Positions 1 through 10,524 of a stretch of DNA of 64,000 nt are shown here, piece after piece (within the stretch, counting starts at the first letter, position 1; each line of letters starts with the position of its first letter). The notes under the pieces are model-generated. The model was not told where the DNA came from, searched no databases, and saw only the letters and a program-made list of their open reading frames with translations. This DNA is from a bacterium (lineage in GTDB: Bacteria > Calditrichota > Calditrichia > RBG-13-44-9), in the NCBI GenBank assembly GCA_020350205.1, contig CP070707.1, positions 3,624,381-3,688,380 of the forward strand, in the 5' to 3' direction. Position numbers and translations under genes: made by a program.

Positions 1-135
1 AAAATGTAATGCCTCGCGGGTCTTGGCCAGCTTTTGAAGCTCAATTTGAGGCTTGGTTACACTGTAGATTTCTGCCAGGACAAAAGCCGCTACCACCGTG
101 ACGATGGTAAGGACCATACTTAAGCGTATAATATT
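1..135 (-). CDS. rnfG: Rnf electron transport complex subunit G, N-terminal part; the rest runs off the window
   Basis: Reverse-complement of 1..135 translates to MNNIIRLSMVLTIVTVVAAFVLAEIYSVTKPQIELQKLAKTREALHF. This is a signal-anchor plus the RnfG-like N-terminus. It lies immediately downstream of rnfD in rnfC-D-G order. Confidence 0.55.
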
Positions 136-137
136 GT

Positions 138-1184
138 TCATTTTGTGCGCACCTCCCCGAACACCCTGGGAATGGTGTATCGGTCGATTAAAGGGACGGC
201 CAGATTCATGAGGATAATGGCATAGCTCACACCTTCCGGGTATCCTCCCCAGATTCTGATGGTGACAGTAAGAATCCCACAACCCATCCCAAAGATCATC
301 TGCCCCTTATGGCTCACGGGAGACGACACCATATCGGTTGCCATATAGAAAGCCCCCAGTATAAGACCACCCGACAGGATATGGAAAATCCAGTTCCCGG
401 TGAATAGGCCCTCAGAACCGCCAAATATCCAGGAAAACAGAGCAACGGTTCCAATGTAAGTGAAAGGAATATGCCAGCTGATGGCATGTCGGTAAAACAT
501 GATGAGGGCGCCGATGAGCAGCGCGATAACAGAGGTCTCACCGATGCATCCTCCTACATTTCCGATCAGGAGATTTGTATAGGTACTGGATAGGTTGGCG
601 ATAGCATTTTGAGCGGCCTGAACCTGTGATGGTTCAAAGCTTTCAGGACTGGCAATAATTTTGGCAGATTGTTTAAGCAAATTAAGTGGCGTGGCGCTGG
701 TGATACCGTTTATACCGGAGATGGTTCCTTCTCGGGGCGCCACCCAGCTGGCAGTCATTTCAACCGGCCACGATGCCAGGAGAAAAGCGCGAGCCGCTAA
801 TGCCGGATTTAAAATATTATTTCCCAGGCCACCAAAGAGCGCCTTGACAATTGCGATGGCAAAAACCGATCCGACCACCGGCATCCACCAGGGCGCCGAG
901 GCGGGTAAATTAAAAGCGAGCAGAACTCCGGTGATAACTGCAGACCCGTCTTGAATTCTGGCAGGTTGTTTGGCAAGTTTATAAATAATTCCTTCCGTTA
1001 ATACCGCCGAGGCTACTGCCAGGAAGATAATCCATAACGCTTTGGGACCGAAAAAGTAAAAAGCCATAATCAGGGCGGGAATCATGGCGATATTGACCGT
1101 CCACATGATTTTAGGGATCGAATCCGAGTCGCGAACATGGGGCGAAGAAGAGGAAAGTAGCAATTTTTCGGGTGCATCACTCAT
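138..1184 (-). CDS. rnfD: Rnf/Nqr electron transport complex subunit D (RnfD)
   Basis: 348-aa polytopic membrane protein with RnfD/NqrB-type motifs (GGLILGAFYMATDMVSSP, GILTVTIRIWGGYPEGVSYAIILMNLAVPLIDRYT). Sits between rnfC and rnfG. Confidence 0.85.
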   Translation of the reverse strand: MSDAPEKLLLSSSSPHVRDSDSIPKIMWTVNIAMIPALIMAFYFFGPKALWIIFLAVASAVLTEGIIYKLAKQPARIQDGSAVITGVLLAFNLPASAPWWMPVVGSVFAIAIVKALFGGLGNNILNPALAARAFLLASWPVEMTASWVAPREGTISGINGITSATPLNLLKQSAKIIASPESFEPSQVQAAQNAIANLSSTYTNLLIGNVGGCIGETSVIALLIGALIMFYRHAISWHIPFTYIGTVALFSWIFGGSEGLFTGNWIFHILSGGLILGAFYMATDMVSSPVSHKGQMIFGMGCGILTVTIRIWGGYPEGVSYAIILMNLAVPLIDRYTIPRVFGEVRTK

Positions 1185-1249
1185 AATAATTGTCTCGCTG
1201 TTTAACTGAATGCACGCTGCATCAAAGATATTTTAAACATCCGGAAGCA

Positions 1250-2575
1250 TTATCCGGCCTTTTTTCTCAATCGTAAAAGCTGTCTTTTCCCGTGACGGAT
1301 ACTCTGCACCAGATAGCGATTGGCCGGGCAGATATATGAGCAGGATCCACATTCAATACAGTCCATGAGATGAAGCTTTCCGGCTTCTTCAAACCGCTCA
1401 TGGTAGACCAGGCGCTGTAAGGTTGTCGGTAGCAGATGAGACGGGCAGACTTCCACACACCGGCCGCAATTGATGCAAGGTTCTTCAAAGGGCAAATGAG
1501 CCTGCTTCCCCTCCAGTACCAGGATTCCAGAAGTGCCCTTAATAACCGGTACCTTAAGATTTGGCTGGGCGATTCCCATCATCGGCCCGCCCATAATTAT
1601 TTTTGCTGCTTTTTCGGTCAATCCGCCGCAAAAATCAATGATATCCTGATAGTGGGTGCCAATCGGTATTAACAGATTCTTGGGCTCTTTAATTCCCGGG
1701 CCGGTGACGGTAACTACTCTTTCGGTAAGTGGTCTGCATGAGGATACTGCATCGTAGATAGCTTTCGCGGTTCCGACGTTCTGTACCACTGCGCCGATAT
1801 CCATGGGGAGTCCACCGGAGGGCACTTCCCGGTCTAGGGCTGCCTTGATCAGCTGTTTTTCGGCACCCTGCGGATATTTTACGGGCAGTACCATTACCTC
1901 CATATCTCCCTCACCCGCGATCTGTTTTTTCATCACTTCCGCGGCATCTTTTTTATTTTTCTCAATACCGATGATGCCCCGTTTAACTCCCAAAATCTTC
2001 ATGATGATACGGAATCCCCGAATGATGTCCGCGGGATATTCCAGCATTAACCGATGATCGGCGGTGAGGTAAGGCTCACATTCCACGCCATTTAGTAACG
2101 CGACATCAATTTTTTTGTCCTCGGGCGGCTTCAGCTTCACATGGGTCGGGAACGTTGCACCACCCAGTCCTGCCAGCCCGGCATCCTGGATCCGTTTTCG
2201 CATTTCATCTGAAGAGAGGTCTTGATATTTTTCATCTATTTTAATTGTTTCAATCCATTCCTCGGTCTCGCCGGCCTCTATAATCACCGCCGGCCCTCTA
2301 CCCGCTACCGGATGATCAATATCCTCAAGAGCCTTGACTTTTCCGGAAACAGAAGCATGAACCGGTACCGAAACATACCCTTCCGCCTCCGCCAGCTTTT
2401 CACCGGCTTTTACCTCCTGGCCCTTTTCCACCAGGGGTTTGGTGGGTGCACCGATATGCTGCTGGAGGGGTATAGTGACTTGCTTGGGACGGGGCAGTTT
2501 CTCTATTTTTTTCTTTTCTGTATAAGATTTTCCTTCAAAGGGATGTACACCGCCGGGGAAAGTTCTCATCCTCAC
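1250..2575 (-). CDS. rnfC: Rnf electron transport complex subunit C (RnfC), 2x[4Fe-4S] ferredoxin-type
   Basis: 441 aa. Two CxxCxxCxxxCP ferredoxin motifs (CINCGRCVEVCP, CIECGSCSYICP). NADH/FMN-binding GGA(T/G)FP-type region (GLGGATFPTHVK). Confidence 0.85.
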   Translation of the reverse strand: MRMRTFPGGVHPFEGKSYTEKKKIEKLPRPKQVTIPLQQHIGAPTKPLVEKGQEVKAGEKLAEAEGYVSVPVHASVSGKVKALEDIDHPVAGRGPAVIIEAGETEEWIETIKIDEKYQDLSSDEMRKRIQDAGLAGLGGATFPTHVKLKPPEDKKIDVALLNGVECEPYLTADHRLMLEYPADIIRGFRIIMKILGVKRGIIGIEKNKKDAAEVMKKQIAGEGDMEVMVLPVKYPQGAEKQLIKAALDREVPSGGLPMDIGAVVQNVGTAKAIYDAVSSCRPLTERVVTVTGPGIKEPKNLLIPIGTHYQDIIDFCGGLTEKAAKIIMGGPMMGIAQPNLKVPVIKGTSGILVLEGKQAHLPFEEPCINCGRCVEVCPSHLLPTTLQRLVYHERFEEAGKLHLMDCIECGSCSYICPANRYLVQSIRHGKRQLLRLRKKAG

Positions 2576-2834
2576 GTTCTCTTTCTCAATTTAATTCTCC
2601 AGACATTACCAATTTTTCAAACAGGATTGGCGAAAAATATATCAATCTAAAGGTATTCGTTTCAAGCCTTTTTTCACAAAGTCCATGAAATTAAACCCCG
2701 TAAGCCGTTGTTGATTTTTGAAATAGATCCGAGAAATAAATTATAGATTTCACCTGGTGCCGAGTGTATATTGATGATCAGGCTTTGATTAATAATGAAA
2801 ATTTTTTGTAACTTAATTTTAAACCCGGAAGAGA

Positions 2835-3680
2835 ATGGTTATTAAACAGTACCGCCTTCTTCGCGACCTGGTATATCTTACACTGGGCGCTGTATTTCTG
2901 GCGGCAGGGCTGGTTTTTTTTCTAATTCCCAATAAGATTGCAACTGGTGGCGTGGCGGGTCTCTCCATTGTTGGTCATTACCTCAGCGGTTTTCCTACCG
3001 GGGCAATTATGTTGACGCTAAACCTCCCCCTTTTAGCAGTTGGACTGAAATATTTTGGCAAAAAATTTCTGCTACGAACAATCTATGCCATTATCCTGGC
3101 ATCATTCCTGACGGATTTATTTGTGATTAATCTGCATTTTGAAAAATTAACGGATCAGCTGATGCTGGCCACTATTTACGGAGGGGTCTTGGTGGGAGTT
3201 GGTTTGGCGCTTGTTTTTAAGGCGGATGCCTCGGCGGGTGGAGGAACGGTTATTGCCCGAATTATTTCACAGAAAACCCGTTTCAAAACCGGGCAGGTAT
3301 TGTTTACGATGGACGTTTTTGTGATTTCCTCGGCAGCCCTCACCTTTCGGAATGTTGAATTAGCCTTATGGGGTTTTCTCACCATATTTATTGCTTCGCA
3401 GGTGGTAGATCTTATTTTGACCGGAAAACCCTTTGCCAAGGTTGTCCACTTGGTGACTAACCATACCAGTGAAATTGGAGAACAGATTATTTCAGATCTT
3501 GGAAGAAGTGCCACCATCGTTGAAGCGAAAGGACTTTATTCGGGTGAAAAGAAAAACCTGCTGATGGTGGTGGTGGATTCCAGCCAGATTTTTCGCTTGC
3601 GCGATATTGTGCAAGCCCACGATCCGGATGCATTCATGATTGTATCGGATGCGCGGGAGATTTTGGGAAAAGGATTTTGA
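2835..3680 (+). CDS. YitT-family (DUF161/DUF2179) integral membrane protein
   Basis: 281 aa. Multiple TM helices followed by a C-terminal soluble DUF2179-like domain. A paralogue is at 23599..24546. Confidence 0.7.
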   Translation: MVIKQYRLLRDLVYLTLGAVFLAAGLVFFLIPNKIATGGVAGLSIVGHYLSGFPTGAIMLTLNLPLLAVGLKYFGKKFLLRTIYAIILASFLTDLFVINLHFEKLTDQLMLATIYGGVLVGVGLALVFKADASAGGGTVIARIISQKTRFKTGQVLFTMDVFVISSAALTFRNVELALWGFLTIFIASQVVDLILTGKPFAKVVHLVTNHTSEIGEQIISDLGRSATIVEAKGLYSGEKKNLLMVVVDSSQIFRLRDIVQAHDPDAFMIVSDAREILGKGF

Positions 3681-3774
3681 GGACCGATTAATCCTCGTAA
3701 GAAAATGATCGGTGCTTGGATCTCGGGGCAGGTGTCTCTAAATTAAATATTTTAATAGTATGTGATAGGGTGAA

Positions 3775-4497
3775 ATGGCCAGCACTTATTTTATATCCGA
3801 CGCCCATCTGGGAGCCGGACCCCCGGAACGGGAAAGGCTGAAGCAGGATAAAATTCTCGGCTTTTTTGAACACGTTGCTCGCACGGGAGACCGGTTATTT
3901 ATCGTCGGTGATTTGTTCGATTTCTGGTTCGAGTATCGTTCGGTGATTCCCAAAGGATATACCCGGATATTTTGCGGTCTTAACCGATTGAAAGAACGGG
4001 GGATAGAGCTTAATTATGTCGCGGGAAATCATGATTTCTGGATGCGGGATTATCTGGTATCCGAGTTTGGTTTCCGACTCTATTTTGATGAGGTGGAATG
4101 GACGAGCGCCGGTAAAAAATTTTATATCTTTCACGGAGATGGGTTGGCGAAGGATGATACCGGATATCGGCTGTTGAAACGAGTCTTTCGCAATCGGATT
4201 AACATTTTTCTATACAGCCTGCTGCATCCGGATCTCGGAATCCCCTTTGCCCGGTGGATGTCTTCTCTGAGTCGTCGGTACACCAGCCGGAACGAGGTAC
4301 CCCCCGACGATGACTATCTGATCCGTGCCACCCGGAAGTTCGACGAGGGTTTTGATTATGCCATATTCGGGCACCTCCATTATCCCCGGTATCAGGAGTT
4401 TGGAACAAGGGCTTATATCAACCTGGGTGATTGGATCGAGAATTTTAGTTATGCTGAATTTAATGGGAGTGAATTACGACTATTGAACTGGAAGTAG
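3775..4497 (+). CDS. lpxH: LpxH-like UDP-2,3-diacylglucosamine pyrophosphatase (calcineurin-like metallophosphoesterase)
   Basis: N-terminus YFISDAHLG...LFIVGDLFDFWFEY and GNHDFW/HGD metallophosphoesterase motifs, typical of LpxH. 240 aa. Confidence 0.6.
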   Translation: MASTYFISDAHLGAGPPERERLKQDKILGFFEHVARTGDRLFIVGDLFDFWFEYRSVIPKGYTRIFCGLNRLKERGIELNYVAGNHDFWMRDYLVSEFGFRLYFDEVEWTSAGKKFYIFHGDGLAKDDTGYRLLKRVFRNRINIFLYSLLHPDLGIPFARWMSSLSRRYTSRNEVPPDDDYLIRATRKFDEGFDYAIFGHLHYPRYQEFGTRAYINLGDWIENFSYAEFNGSELRLLNWK

Positions 4498-4652
4498 AAG
4501 TTTCGGCACCATAGAAATTGTATCCACCATACCCACAACAACATTAATTATTTCCTAAAAAATACAGCAAAGGTTGACTGAGGCTTAAAAAATTATCAAA
4601 TTACTGGGCTTTTATAGAGATTAATTGAATTTATAAATAAAATGGAGGAATC

Positions 4653-4799
4653 ATGAAGCGCACATATCAACCTCATAATCGCAAGCGTAAGAACAAGCAC
4701 GGCTTCCGCGAAAGAATGAAGACCAAGAACGGAAGAAGGGTTTTGGCCCGGCGCCGGGCAAAAGGACGCAGAAGATTATCTGTAAGTGATGAGTTCTAA
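4653..4799 (+). CDS. rpmH: 50S ribosomal protein L34
   Basis: Not in the ORF track because it is under 60 aa. Translates to [48 protein letters not shown], a canonical L34. GGAGG ribosome-binding site 6 nt upstream. Directly precedes rnpA as in most bacteria. Confidence 0.9.
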   Translation: MKRTYQPHNRKRKNKHGFRERMKTKNGRRVLARRRAKGRRRLSVSDEF

Positions 4800-5112
4800 A
4801 AAAAAATTCACACTTCCCCGGGAGCTAATTCTTAAGAAAAAAAACGAAATTGATCTCGTTTTGCGTACGGGAAAACGTATTACCGGAAAAAATTTTACTG
4901 TTTTCGTACTTTCTTCGGGAAAAACCCGGGTTGCTTTTTTGATTAGTAAAAAAGTGGGCACGGCGGTTCAGCGAAACCGTATGAAAAGACTTTTGAGGGA
5001 AGCTTACCGCCTGAACCGCGAATTATTTGAAGGAAAAGAAATCGTATTTTCAATTAAAATATTTTTTGATGATTTTCATACCTTGGCAGATCAGATTAAA
5101 TCGCTTAATTAA
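4786..5112 (+). CDS. rnpA: Ribonuclease P protein component
   Basis: Basic 108-aa protein with RnpA features (KKxRL...[21 protein letters not shown]). Starts at GTG 4786 or ATG 4789 and overlaps the end of rpmH. Confidence 0.85.
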   Translation: MMSSKKKFTLPRELILKKKNEIDLVLRTGKRITGKNFTVFVLSSGKTRVAFLISKKVGTAVQRNRMKRLLREAYRLNRELFEGKEIVFSIKIFFDDFHTLADQIKSLN

Positions 5113-5115
5113 CTC

Positions 5116-5343
5116 ATGAAACACATTTTTGTTTTTCTCATAAAATTTTATCGGATGCTGATATCTCCCCTGTTTCCTCCCAGTTGCCGTTTCTATCCGA
5201 GCTGCTCCTCTTATGCCCAGGAGGCATTTGAGAGACATGGCGTCTGGAGAGGCGGCTGGCTCAGTTTCAGGCGTTTATCAAAGTGTCATCCCTTTCATAC
5301 GGGAGGATTTGATCCCGTTCCGCCTTCACCAATTGAGGATTAA
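5116..5343 (+). CDS. yidD: Membrane protein insertion efficiency factor YidD
   Basis: 75 aa with the conserved YidD core ([27 protein letters not shown]...[14 protein letters not shown]). Confidence 0.85.
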   Translation: MKHIFVFLIKFYRMLISPLFPPSCRFYPSCSSYAQEAFERHGVWRGGWLSFRRLSKCHPFHTGGFDPVPPSPIED

Positions 5344-5345
5344 AA

Positions 5346-7139
5346 ATGGACAAACGCACCATAATCGGAATCGTCTTAATCGTTCTGATTACACTTATGA
5401 TGCCCTTTTATCAGAAATGGATTACCGGAGATCAACCCCCGCCCCCAAAACCTGTCGCGGTAGTTCCTGACAGCACAATGGATGAGGCCATTGCGGAATC
5501 AGCAAAAGAAGTCCAACCATCAATGCCCCCAGAAGACCAGATCGATGAGGTTGTTCCAGAAAAAGCGCTTAAGGACTCGGTCATTCAGGAAGCCCCGGAA
5601 GAAAAAACAATAATTATTGAAAACAGTCTCTTTACAAGTAACTGGAGTACAGCCTCTGGCGGAAATCCTGTCAGCTGGGAACTGAAAAAATACCAGCATC
5701 ACCAGGGTGGACTGGTTGACCTGATTCAGGAAAATGCCCTTAAGGTCAATTTTTTAAACAGTGACGGTAGAGACATTCAACTCAACGATTATAACCTTTA
5801 CAGCTCGGTTTTTGATGGAAAGAAAGTCGTGTTAGAGCGTAATAATCCCGAATATGAACTTGAATTCTATCTGCCGGTTCAGGGTGGACGGATTGTCAAA
5901 ACGGTTAAATTTTATTATGACCGATACTCTTTTGATCTGTCACTTCGATTTGAGGGACTGGGGAATTATGTCATTAATCGCCGTTATTTTATCGGTTGGG
6001 AGAGAGGATTACCCTCGACCGAAGAAAATGTAAACGATGATCTTGACTATTCACGGGCCTATACATTTATGGCGGATGAGCTGGTCAATGTGGATGCCTC
6101 AGATAAATACGGCGAGGAGGATTTAAACGGTCGGGTCGAGTGGGCTGCTGTTCGAAGCAAATATTTTCTGGTATCCGTTATTCCCACAAATCCCTCTCAC
6201 ACCAATGGGGTGACTATCGGGGGTGTAAAAACCAGCCGTGATGATATTCCGGAAAAAGATTTCAGTTTTAACATTGAAACGCAGTTTGAACCCCTGAATA
6301 TCCAAACTGACAGCTTCAGGGTTTATCTGGGGCCCCTGGACTATTATGTTTTAAAAAAATACGATGCCAATCTTGGGGATCTGGTGATGAACAAGGACTG
6401 GTATGAGCGACTGTTTCGTCCGATCAGCCTGTTGATCATTCCTGCATTCAAATTCCTTTACCGTTTTATTCCCAATTATGGTTTTGTGATCATTGTTTTT
6501 TCAATCCTGATAAAACTGCTGCTGCATCCGTTGACGAAAAAGAGCTATCAGTCCATGAGCGAAATGCAGTATTTGCAACCGAAAATGACGGAATTGCGGG
6601 AAAAGTACAAAGATGATCCACAACGGATTAACAAGGAGATGATGAAGTTATATAAAGAGCATAAAATCAATCCGTTAGGTGGTTGTATTCCGATGCTGTT
6701 GCAGATGCCGGTGCTCTTTTCACTGTTCATTGTCTTCCGGTCCACCATTCAATTGAGAAATCAACCCTTCATCTTGTGGATAAATGATCTTTCGGCGCCC
6801 GATGCCCTTCATTTGGGATTCCAGCTACCTTTTATTGGTGATAACATTCATGTGCTGCCGATTTTAATGGGTATCACCATGATCTGGCAGTCCAAAATGA
6901 CCATGACCGATCCCAAGCAGAAGCTCATGATATACTTCATGCCGGTGTTTTTAATATTTATTTTCTATTCATTGCCATCGGGATTAAACCTGTATTATGC
7001 AATTTTTAATGTCTTAAGCATGTTTCAGACCCGGATGATCAAGAAAAAAATGCATCCGGGTGGTGAACCTGTACCCGTACCGTCAACGCCGGCTCCGGCA
7101 AAATCCGGAAAAAGTGGTCGCGGTAAAAGAAAAAAGTAG
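5346..7139 (+). CDS. yidC: Membrane protein insertase YidC
   Basis: 597 aa. N-terminal TM, large periplasmic domain, then the conserved 60 kDa inner-membrane-protein core (GGCIPMLLQMPVLFSLF...LYYAIFN) and a Lys-rich tail. Confidence 0.9.
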   Translation: MDKRTIIGIVLIVLITLMMPFYQKWITGDQPPPPKPVAVVPDSTMDEAIAESAKEVQPSMPPEDQIDEVVPEKALKDSVIQEAPEEKTIIIENSLFTSNWSTASGGNPVSWELKKYQHHQGGLVDLIQENALKVNFLNSDGRDIQLNDYNLYSSVFDGKKVVLERNNPEYELEFYLPVQGGRIVKTVKFYYDRYSFDLSLRFEGLGNYVINRRYFIGWERGLPSTEENVNDDLDYSRAYTFMADELVNVDASDKYGEEDLNGRVEWAAVRSKYFLVSVIPTNPSHTNGVTIGGVKTSRDDIPEKDFSFNIETQFEPLNIQTDSFRVYLGPLDYYVLKKYDANLGDLVMNKDWYERLFRPISLLIIPAFKFLYRFIPNYGFVIIVFSILIKLLLHPLTKKSYQSMSEMQYLQPKMTELREKYKDDPQRINKEMMKLYKEHKINPLGGCIPMLLQMPVLFSLFIVFRSTIQLRNQPFILWINDLSAPDALHLGFQLPFIGDNIHVLPILMGITMIWQSKMTMTDPKQKLMIYFMPVFLIFIFYSLPSGLNLYYAIFNVLSMFQTRMIKKKMHPGGEPVPVPSTPAPAKSGKSGRGKRKK

Positions 7140-7152
7140 TATTTCATCATAC

Positions 7153-8547
7153 ATGAAGCGATTCGACAGCGAAGATACCATCGTTGCCCTTTCAACCCCG
7201 TATGGCAAAGGGGCCATTGCGGTGGTAAGAATGAGTGGAAGCCAGTCACTGAGCCTGGTTAACCGGCTTTTTTCCCGGCAGCTTAAAAAACAGGATCATC
7301 GGCGTGCGGTTCCCGGTGAAATCTGGACTGCTAGCCGCCGGCAAATGCTGGATGAATGTGTTACAACCTTCTTTCAAGGCCCCCAATCTTATACCGGCGA
7401 AGACCTGGTGGAAATTTCCTGTCACGGAAATCCGGTTATTATTGATCAGATCATTCAGGAGCTGATCCAGCTTGGGGCCCGGGTAGCCCAGCCGGGTGAA
7501 TTTACCCAGCGGGCCTTTCTCAATCACAAAATGGATCTGTCTCAGGCCGAGGCGGTGGCCGCGGTGATTGAAGCAAAAACCAGGCGTGGACTCGCCTGTT
7601 CCTTGCGGCAGCTGGAAGGTGGAATTTCGCAAACGATCGGCTCCATTCGGGACGAGCTAATACAGCTGGCCTCACTGCTGGAGATCAACCTGGATTTCAA
7701 TGAAGATGATATTCAGGTTTATGAAAAAAAGGCTGTTGAGACGCGCGCCCTTAACCTCCTTGAGCAGATAGATCATCTGCTGCACACCTATGATTACGGG
7801 CGGTTGTACCAGGAGGGGGTAAAGCTGCTATTGCTGGGAAAGCCTAATGTCGGGAAATCCAGTCTTTTAAATATGCTGGCGCAAAAGGATCGGGCACTGG
7901 TCAGCGATGTTCCCGGCACAACCCGGGATTACATTGAAGAATTCATCCAGATAGAGGGATTTCCCATTCAAATTGTAGATACCGCGGGGATTCGCGAGAC
8001 TCTGGATATGATTGAAGATATGGGAGTTAAGCGGGCGTTAACCCATATTGAATCTTCCGACCTGGTTTTAGCAATTTTCGAAAGTCACCGCCAACTGGAT
8101 CGGGACGATTGTCGTTTCATCGAATATTTAAAGTCCAATGTAAAAGGAAAAGTACCCTTTATAGTGGTCCTGAACAAACAGGATCTGGGTCGGGATGCGG
8201 GAGTTCTGGAACACCTGCACGGCCTGGAGACTTTGCTGGTAGAAGTATCTGCTAAAACGGGTGCCAATCTTCCCGAACTGAAGGATCGGATTAAACAGAC
8301 ACTCTTAGGAGATTCTGCCGCTGAACAGGAGGAAATTGTTATTACCAATGCCCGCCACAAGGAAGCTCTGGACCTGAGCAGAAAGGCGCTGCAAAAATTT
8401 GTGACAGGGATCCAATCGGGGGTGGATGAAGTAATTTTAGCATCGGAACTTCGTAGCGCCCTGGATTACCTGGGTGAGATTGTAGGTGAAATTAGCAGCG
8501 AGGATCTACTGAATCACATTTTCGGGCAATTTTGTATCGGGAAGTAG
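7153..8547 (+). CDS. mnmE: tRNA modification GTPase MnmE (TrmE)
   Basis: N-terminal DTIVALSTPYGKGAIAVVRMSG. G-domain motifs GKPNVGKSSLLN, DTAG, NKQD. C-terminal FCIGK. Start placed at the ATG that follows an in-frame extension overlapping yidC. Confidence 0.9.
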   Translation: MKRFDSEDTIVALSTPYGKGAIAVVRMSGSQSLSLVNRLFSRQLKKQDHRRAVPGEIWTASRRQMLDECVTTFFQGPQSYTGEDLVEISCHGNPVIIDQIIQELIQLGARVAQPGEFTQRAFLNHKMDLSQAEAVAAVIEAKTRRGLACSLRQLEGGISQTIGSIRDELIQLASLLEINLDFNEDDIQVYEKKAVETRALNLLEQIDHLLHTYDYGRLYQEGVKLLLLGKPNVGKSSLLNMLAQKDRALVSDVPGTTRDYIEEFIQIEGFPIQIVDTAGIRETLDMIEDMGVKRALTHIESSDLVLAIFESHRQLDRDDCRFIEYLKSNVKGKVPFIVVLNKQDLGRDAGVLEHLHGLETLLVEVSAKTGANLPELKDRIKQTLLGDSAAEQEEIVITNARHKEALDLSRKALQKFVTGIQSGVDEVILASELRSALDYLGEIVGEISSEDLLNHIFGQFCIGK

Positions 8548-8549
8548 AC

Positions 8550-8563
8550 GTTTCACGTGAAAC
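8550..8563. promoter_or_regulatory. Perfect 14-bp palindrome GTTTCACGTGAAAC, copy 1 of 3, 3 nt after the mnmE stop
   Basis: Read directly from the sequence. Identical copies occur at 10446..10459 and 10492..10505. Confidence 0.4.
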
Positions 8564-8575
8564 ACAAGAGGTTGT

Positions 8576-10466
8576 TTTGAATAGAGCATATGATATTGTT
8601 ATTGCGGGAGGTGGCCATGCCGGCATAGAAGCGGCCTTGGCCGCTGCGCGATTGGGAATGCGGACAGCCCTGGTCACCCTGCGGCACGATACCATTGGAA
8701 AAATGTCCTGTAATCCGGCCATCGGGGGATTGGCCAAAGGACACCTGGTTCGGGAAATTGATGCCCTGGGCGGTGAAATGGCGAAACTGACCGATGCGGT
8801 CGGGATCCATTTCAAGATGTTAAATAAGTCTAAGGGGCCGGCGGTATGGTCGCCCCGGGCCCAGGCAGATAGACTAGCCTACGCTCGCGCTGCCCAACGG
8901 GTGATCCTGGATCAGAATAACCTGAAAGTTATCGAAGCATCGGTAACCGGCTTGCAGGTAATAAATGGGCAGGTCCAGGCCGCCGTTCTTAACGGGAATG
9001 AGGTTTTGCCCTGCCGGGCATTGATTCTTACCTGCGGAACATTTCTCAATGGAAAAATCTATATCGGTTTAAACACCTTTGCCAGTGGCAGAGCTGGTGA
9101 ACTCCCCGCCCGCGGTTTGACCGAGGCCCTGGTAGACCTGGGATTTGTAGCGGGTCGACTGAAGACCGGGACTCCCCCCAGAATTCACCGGGATTCGGTT
9201 GATTTTACCGGCCTGGAAGAGCAGAAACCGGATAATCCGGCGGTACCGTTTTCCTTTCAAACAAAAGGTATCAGCCGATCTCAGGTCAGCTGTTTCATAA
9301 CCTATACCCGACCGGAAACTCATGAACTTTTGAAATCCGGCCTGGATCGCTCTCCGATGTATACTGGAATGATCCATGGCACCGGTCCCAGGTACTGCCC
9401 CTCCATAGAGGACAAGGTGGTGCGATTTGCTGATAAGGAACGCCATCAGTTATTCCTGGAACCGGAGGGAATAAACCACCCGGAAATCTATGTAAACGGC
9501 TTTGCAACCAGCCTACCGGAGGATATTCAATTAAAGGCGTTGCGCTCAGTACCCGGAATGGAAAAGGCTCAGATTATCCGGCTGGGATATGCGGTGGAAT
9601 ACGACTTTTTTCCTTCCTATCAGGTACAACACACCCTTGAGACCCATGATATAGGCGGGCTCTATTTTGCGGGCCAGATCAACGGCACCTCCGGTTACGA
9701 GGAGGCGGCGGCGCAGGGACTCATGGCCGGTATCAATGCTGCTTTGAAACTACGGCAGCAGGATCCCCTTATTTTAGACCGTTCCGAAGCCTATATTGGG
9801 GTATTAATTGACGATTTGATCAATAAAACCATTATGGAACCATATCGCATGTTTACCTCCCGGGCAGAATTCCGGTTGCTTTTACGTCACGACAATGCAG
9901 ATTTGCGCCTGATGGATCACGGGCACCGGATTGGATTATTACCGGGGGAGGTTCTTGAAAAAATGCAGTTAAAACAGCAGCGCATCAATTCCTTGCTAGA
10001 AAAAACCGCAAAAATCAATCTGAGTCCCGTGCAGTTTAATCCACTGGCAGCCGAGCACAAAAGTACCCCGATTTCTCAGAGTACACCGCTGCGCCAGCTC
10101 ATGCGGCGTCCGGAAATTCCACTTCAAGCCCTCCTGGAAGCCGGTGGGGTCTCAAACGGGTATCATGATGATGAGCTGGTGCATGTGGAATTCATTACCA
10201 AATATGAGGGCTATCTCAAACGCCAGAAAGAACTGGTGGCCAAGTTTAAAAAAATTGAAGAACGCCCCATCCCGGCGGATTTTGATTATCGGTCTGTCCC
10301 GTCCCTCTCCAATGAATCCCGGGAAAAGTTGTTACAGGTACGACCCGCTTCGCTGGGTCAGGCATCCCGTATATCAGGCGTCAGGCATAGTGATATTACG
10401 GTTCTGATGATTTTTCTGGAAAAATATGCCCGGCAAAAATCCGATGTTTCACGTGAAACGAGCTAA
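8576..10466 (+). CDS. mnmG: tRNA uridine 5-carboxymethylaminomethyl modification enzyme MnmG (GidA)
   Basis: FAD-binding N-terminus YDIVIAGGGHAGIEAALAAARLGM and full-length GidA architecture. The start is ambiguous: the longest ORF begins at TTG 8532, overlapping mnmE. TTG 8576 gives the canonical short lead before YD(I/V)(I/V). Confidence 0.85.
10446..10459. promoter_or_regulatory. Perfect 14-bp palindrome GTTTCACGTGAAAC, copy 2, inside the last codons of mnmG
   Basis: Read directly from the sequence. Confidence 0.4.
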
Positions 10467-10491
10467 ATCATCCTGAATCAGTCACTTAACT

Positions 10492-10505
10492 GTTTCACGT
10501 GAAAC
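10492..10505. promoter_or_regulatory. Perfect palindrome GTTTCACGTGAAAC, copy 3 (16 bp as TGTTTCACGTGAAACA), about 20 nt upstream of the rsmG start
   Basis: Read directly from the sequence. Its position fits an operator or promoter-proximal site for rsmG. Confidence 0.4.
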
Positions 10506-10524
10506 AGGGGAGCCGATCAGGATT

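Noticed and set aside
661-954. Plus-strand 97-aa ORF antisense inside rnfD
   Set aside because: It lies entirely within the well-supported rnfD gene on the opposite strand. It has low-complexity Ala/Arg composition typical of antisense frames.
4525-4545. DnaA-box-like sequence TGTATCCACCA upstream of rpmH
   Set aside because: It is a single imperfect box with no cluster and no AT-rich DNA-unwinding element, which is not enough to call oriC.
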